Shown here one piece after another: positions 61,957-64,000 of a stretch of DNA of 64,000 nucleotides. The notes beneath the pieces were generated by a model. It ran no database searches. It saw only the letters and a program-made list of their open reading frames with translations, and was not told where the DNA came from. The DNA is from Lepidodermella squamata (taxonomy: Eukaryota; Animalia; Gastrotricha): assembly GCA_047495785.1 (NCBI GenBank), contig JBLDXI010000029.1:1860001-1924000 (forward strand), written 5' to 3'. How positions within the stretch are numbered: position 1 is the first letter of the stretch; the number at the start of each line of letters is the position of its first letter. The translations under genes and the position numbers were made by a program.

Positions 61957-62487
61957 TCAATTCTTGCAGCCTCTCACATCCATCTCGTTCATAAGCCGAC
62001 ATGCCATACACTGCGCGCAAAACAACCATTGACACGCTTCACTGCACATATCCTTGAGAATGTAAAAAAACGCGGAGATTAAAATTAACAGCTTTGAAAA
62101 ACTGGGGCTTTGTTACCTGCTTGACCCTATACAAGGTCCTGAATCTTACAGCTAGCGGCAGCGACCCACAGACAACAGGATAGCAGCAATTTTCACCTTC
62201 CATTCGATTTTATGTATGTAGAAATAATCAAAGGTAAAATAAATCATCCCATACCCAATCTATTAGCAGCACAGCACATTAATGCTGACGGGAAAATCGC
62301 GCCGAGAAAACCTGAGGAAAATATACGGATGCATTGATTAGGATCGGATGAGAAACCTACACCAGCCGCAATTTTTGAAACATTCGCATAGCCCGACCTC
62401 ATACGGTGTCTCAGCATTCTTGTCCACTGGCTGGCCAGCCGTGACCATCGTCATCGGCTGGGTGACGATAGGGTAAGTATTAGCCAT
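61957..62487 (-). CDS. PLAC8/cornifelin-like protein, 4 exons
   Basis: Manual splicing gives MANTYPIVTQP...ETPYEVGLCEC, FLGAIFPSALMCCAANRL, GENCCYP, RFRTLYRVKQ^DMCSEACQWLFCAQCMACRLMNEMDVRGCKN*. Absent from the ORF track because the exons are short. Confidence 0.82.
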
Positions 62488-62993
62488 CGGTCAAACGTTT
62501 CCTATAACAAATTCAGGCCCGAATTGAAGGTAGTATTGAAAATTTATCAAATAGAAAAGTGTACTGGATTACAAATCCAACTTCGCTGCATTTTAAAGAA
62601 GACCTATGTAGCATGTTAGTTTTAGCACAGAAGACTGCCAAATTAATAAATAGCTACGCGTATTATATGTAATAAGTATCAACTCAGTGCAGGAATCGAT
62701 CACGCACAGGTCTAGGTATCAAGTGTGATCGCAGCATTCCCATCAGGCTGCCGAGCTTGTCCGCGTTTTTTATTCGCTGCAATTACTATAGCTTAAAGGT
62801 ACTCAGTCATGTTTAAATGCGCTCTAAACCGTAATTATTTCATCGATTTTTTGCGCATGATACAGGATACGATTTCAAGTACATGACTCAGTGTGTAGGT
62901 AGCGAAAAAGTCGGCGAAGTAAATATTGGGACGAACATTTTTTATTAGCATTATTTAATTCCAAAATCGATCGGAAAACGTTAATTCGTACAG

Positions 62994-64000
62994 TTAATTC
63001 GTATGATAAAAATTGCGATGAGACAGAAGAACCCCGGGTAATATGTGGTAGAATTCATTCACGATATCTGCGACTATATCGAGAGCCCAGGATACGTAAA
63101 GCTCGTCTTGACCACGAGCTGTGACACAGACCCCAAACCGCGCACCATTCTCGCCACCAACAAGCTTAGCGACGACGTAGGATTTCGTGAATTCGCTGTC
63201 AGGGTTTCGCCGAATTTCTGCGGCAACGCAACGGCCGCGTTGAATTTCCATGAAAAGCCACGCTGATTGATGTAGTCGGACTTGGAATAGCTGGAATAGC
63301 TTCTTCATTTCAATCTCAGAACCAACAAGAGGCCAAAATTCAAAAGACTGAACCATTTCACCGCCCTCAAACGCTTCAGGCCAATCAGCTTGGTTTTCCT
63401 TCGAATTTTCGTTGAAATTGTACTTCGTTAGCTTGACAATAGAGGTTGTAAACCAGCTTTGCAGATGCCCTTTACCCTGCTGGTCTGTATCGCATCGCAC
63501 ATAGCCTAATCCGTAGTCTTCCAACAACTTTTCAGCGTGTTTCATTGAAGTAACGTGGCTAGCTGTTGGGAAGAATAGAGAACACTTCAAAAGTGGCTCA
63601 CAGACAGAGCCTTGTTCCCTAAACGCCTGTAAAGCCTGTTCGAACTTGTCGTCTGGAAAACGGGCTCGATGCTTTAAGACAGAGCAATCAACAGTTGGGG
63701 CTTCACATAGGATAGGCTCCAACGCCCGGATTAATTGGCTAGGCCTTACAGTCACCCATCGCCCTGGAACGTAGCGACTTATAACGCCGGATGCCTCGAG
63801 GAAATCCAACGATTCCTGCAGTTCATCAGGGTTGCTAAGCCCGGAGACTGCCGCCTCTTGCAGAGCTTCCTGCCAATCGATTAACGGATTTCGCTTCTGC
63901 AGAAGTCGCCTACCCAAATCTTGCCACGACTTTTCAGGTTTCTTCTGAACATGAGGCGTTAGATTGGCGTTGATTGCAAGTAGCTCAAGCTGCCACTCCA
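62994..64000 (-). CDS. 3' part of a Roco-family (COR domain; MFHAS1/DAPK-like) protein; 5' end outside the window
   Basis: Frame is open to the window edge. PEKSWQDL, LDFLEASGVI and WVTVRPSQLIRAL resemble the COR-domain pattern (P.SW..L; L.FL...G.I; V...P.WL). Confidence 0.55.
   Translation of the reverse strand, partial: EWQLELLAINANLTPHVQKKPEKSWQDLGRRLLQKRNPLIDWQEALQEAAVSGLSNPDELQESLDFLEASGVISRYVPGRWVTVRPSQLIRALEPILCEAPTVDCSVLKHRARFPDDKFEQALQAFREQGSVCEPLLKCSLFFPTASHVTSMKHAEKLLEDYGLGYVRCDTDQQGKGHLQSWFTTSIVKLTKYNFNENSKENQADWPEAFEGGEMVQSFEFWPLVGSEIEMKKLFQLFQVRLHQSAWLFMEIQRGRCVAAEIRRNPDSEFTKSYVVAKLVGGENGARFGVCVTARGQDELYVSWALDIVADIVNEFYHILPGVLLSHRNFYHTN

Noticed and set aside
61520-62035. 171-aa minus-strand ORF
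   Set aside because: Overlaps the last PLAC8-like exon in another frame and continues into low-information sequence.

Overview
Eukaryotic, most likely invertebrate animal, genomic DNA with compact GT-AG introns (mostly 44-75 bp). I see no prokaryotic features, rRNA or CRISPR. The window is dominated by tandem gene families. There are seven single-exon class C (GABA-B-like, Venus-flytrap + 7TM, no cysteine-rich domain) GPCR copies, one of them a pseudogene carrying three transposon insertions. There are also two cytochrome-b5-fused desaturases resembling fungal/plant delta-8 sphingolipid desaturases, four M13 (neprilysin/ECE-like) peptidase genes (one with a nonsense codon and a 4.7-kb palindromic insertion), and four PLAC8/cornifelin-like genes. 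Single genes include a degenerate C-type lectin, a fucosyltransferase-like gene, an unusually GC3-rich small heat-shock protein with a long unrecognised N-terminal region, and the 3' end of a Roco (COR-domain) gene. A spliced 81-aa secreted six-cysteine peptide gene, missed by the ORF track, sits inside the neprilysin cluster. Mobile DNA includes a tRNA-derived SINE, three non-autonomous elements sharing 5'-CG termini and 4-bp A-N-N-T target duplications, a nested TA-TSD MITE and a Harbinger-like MITE. All gene models were read by eye; family calls rest on motif recognition, not database searches.
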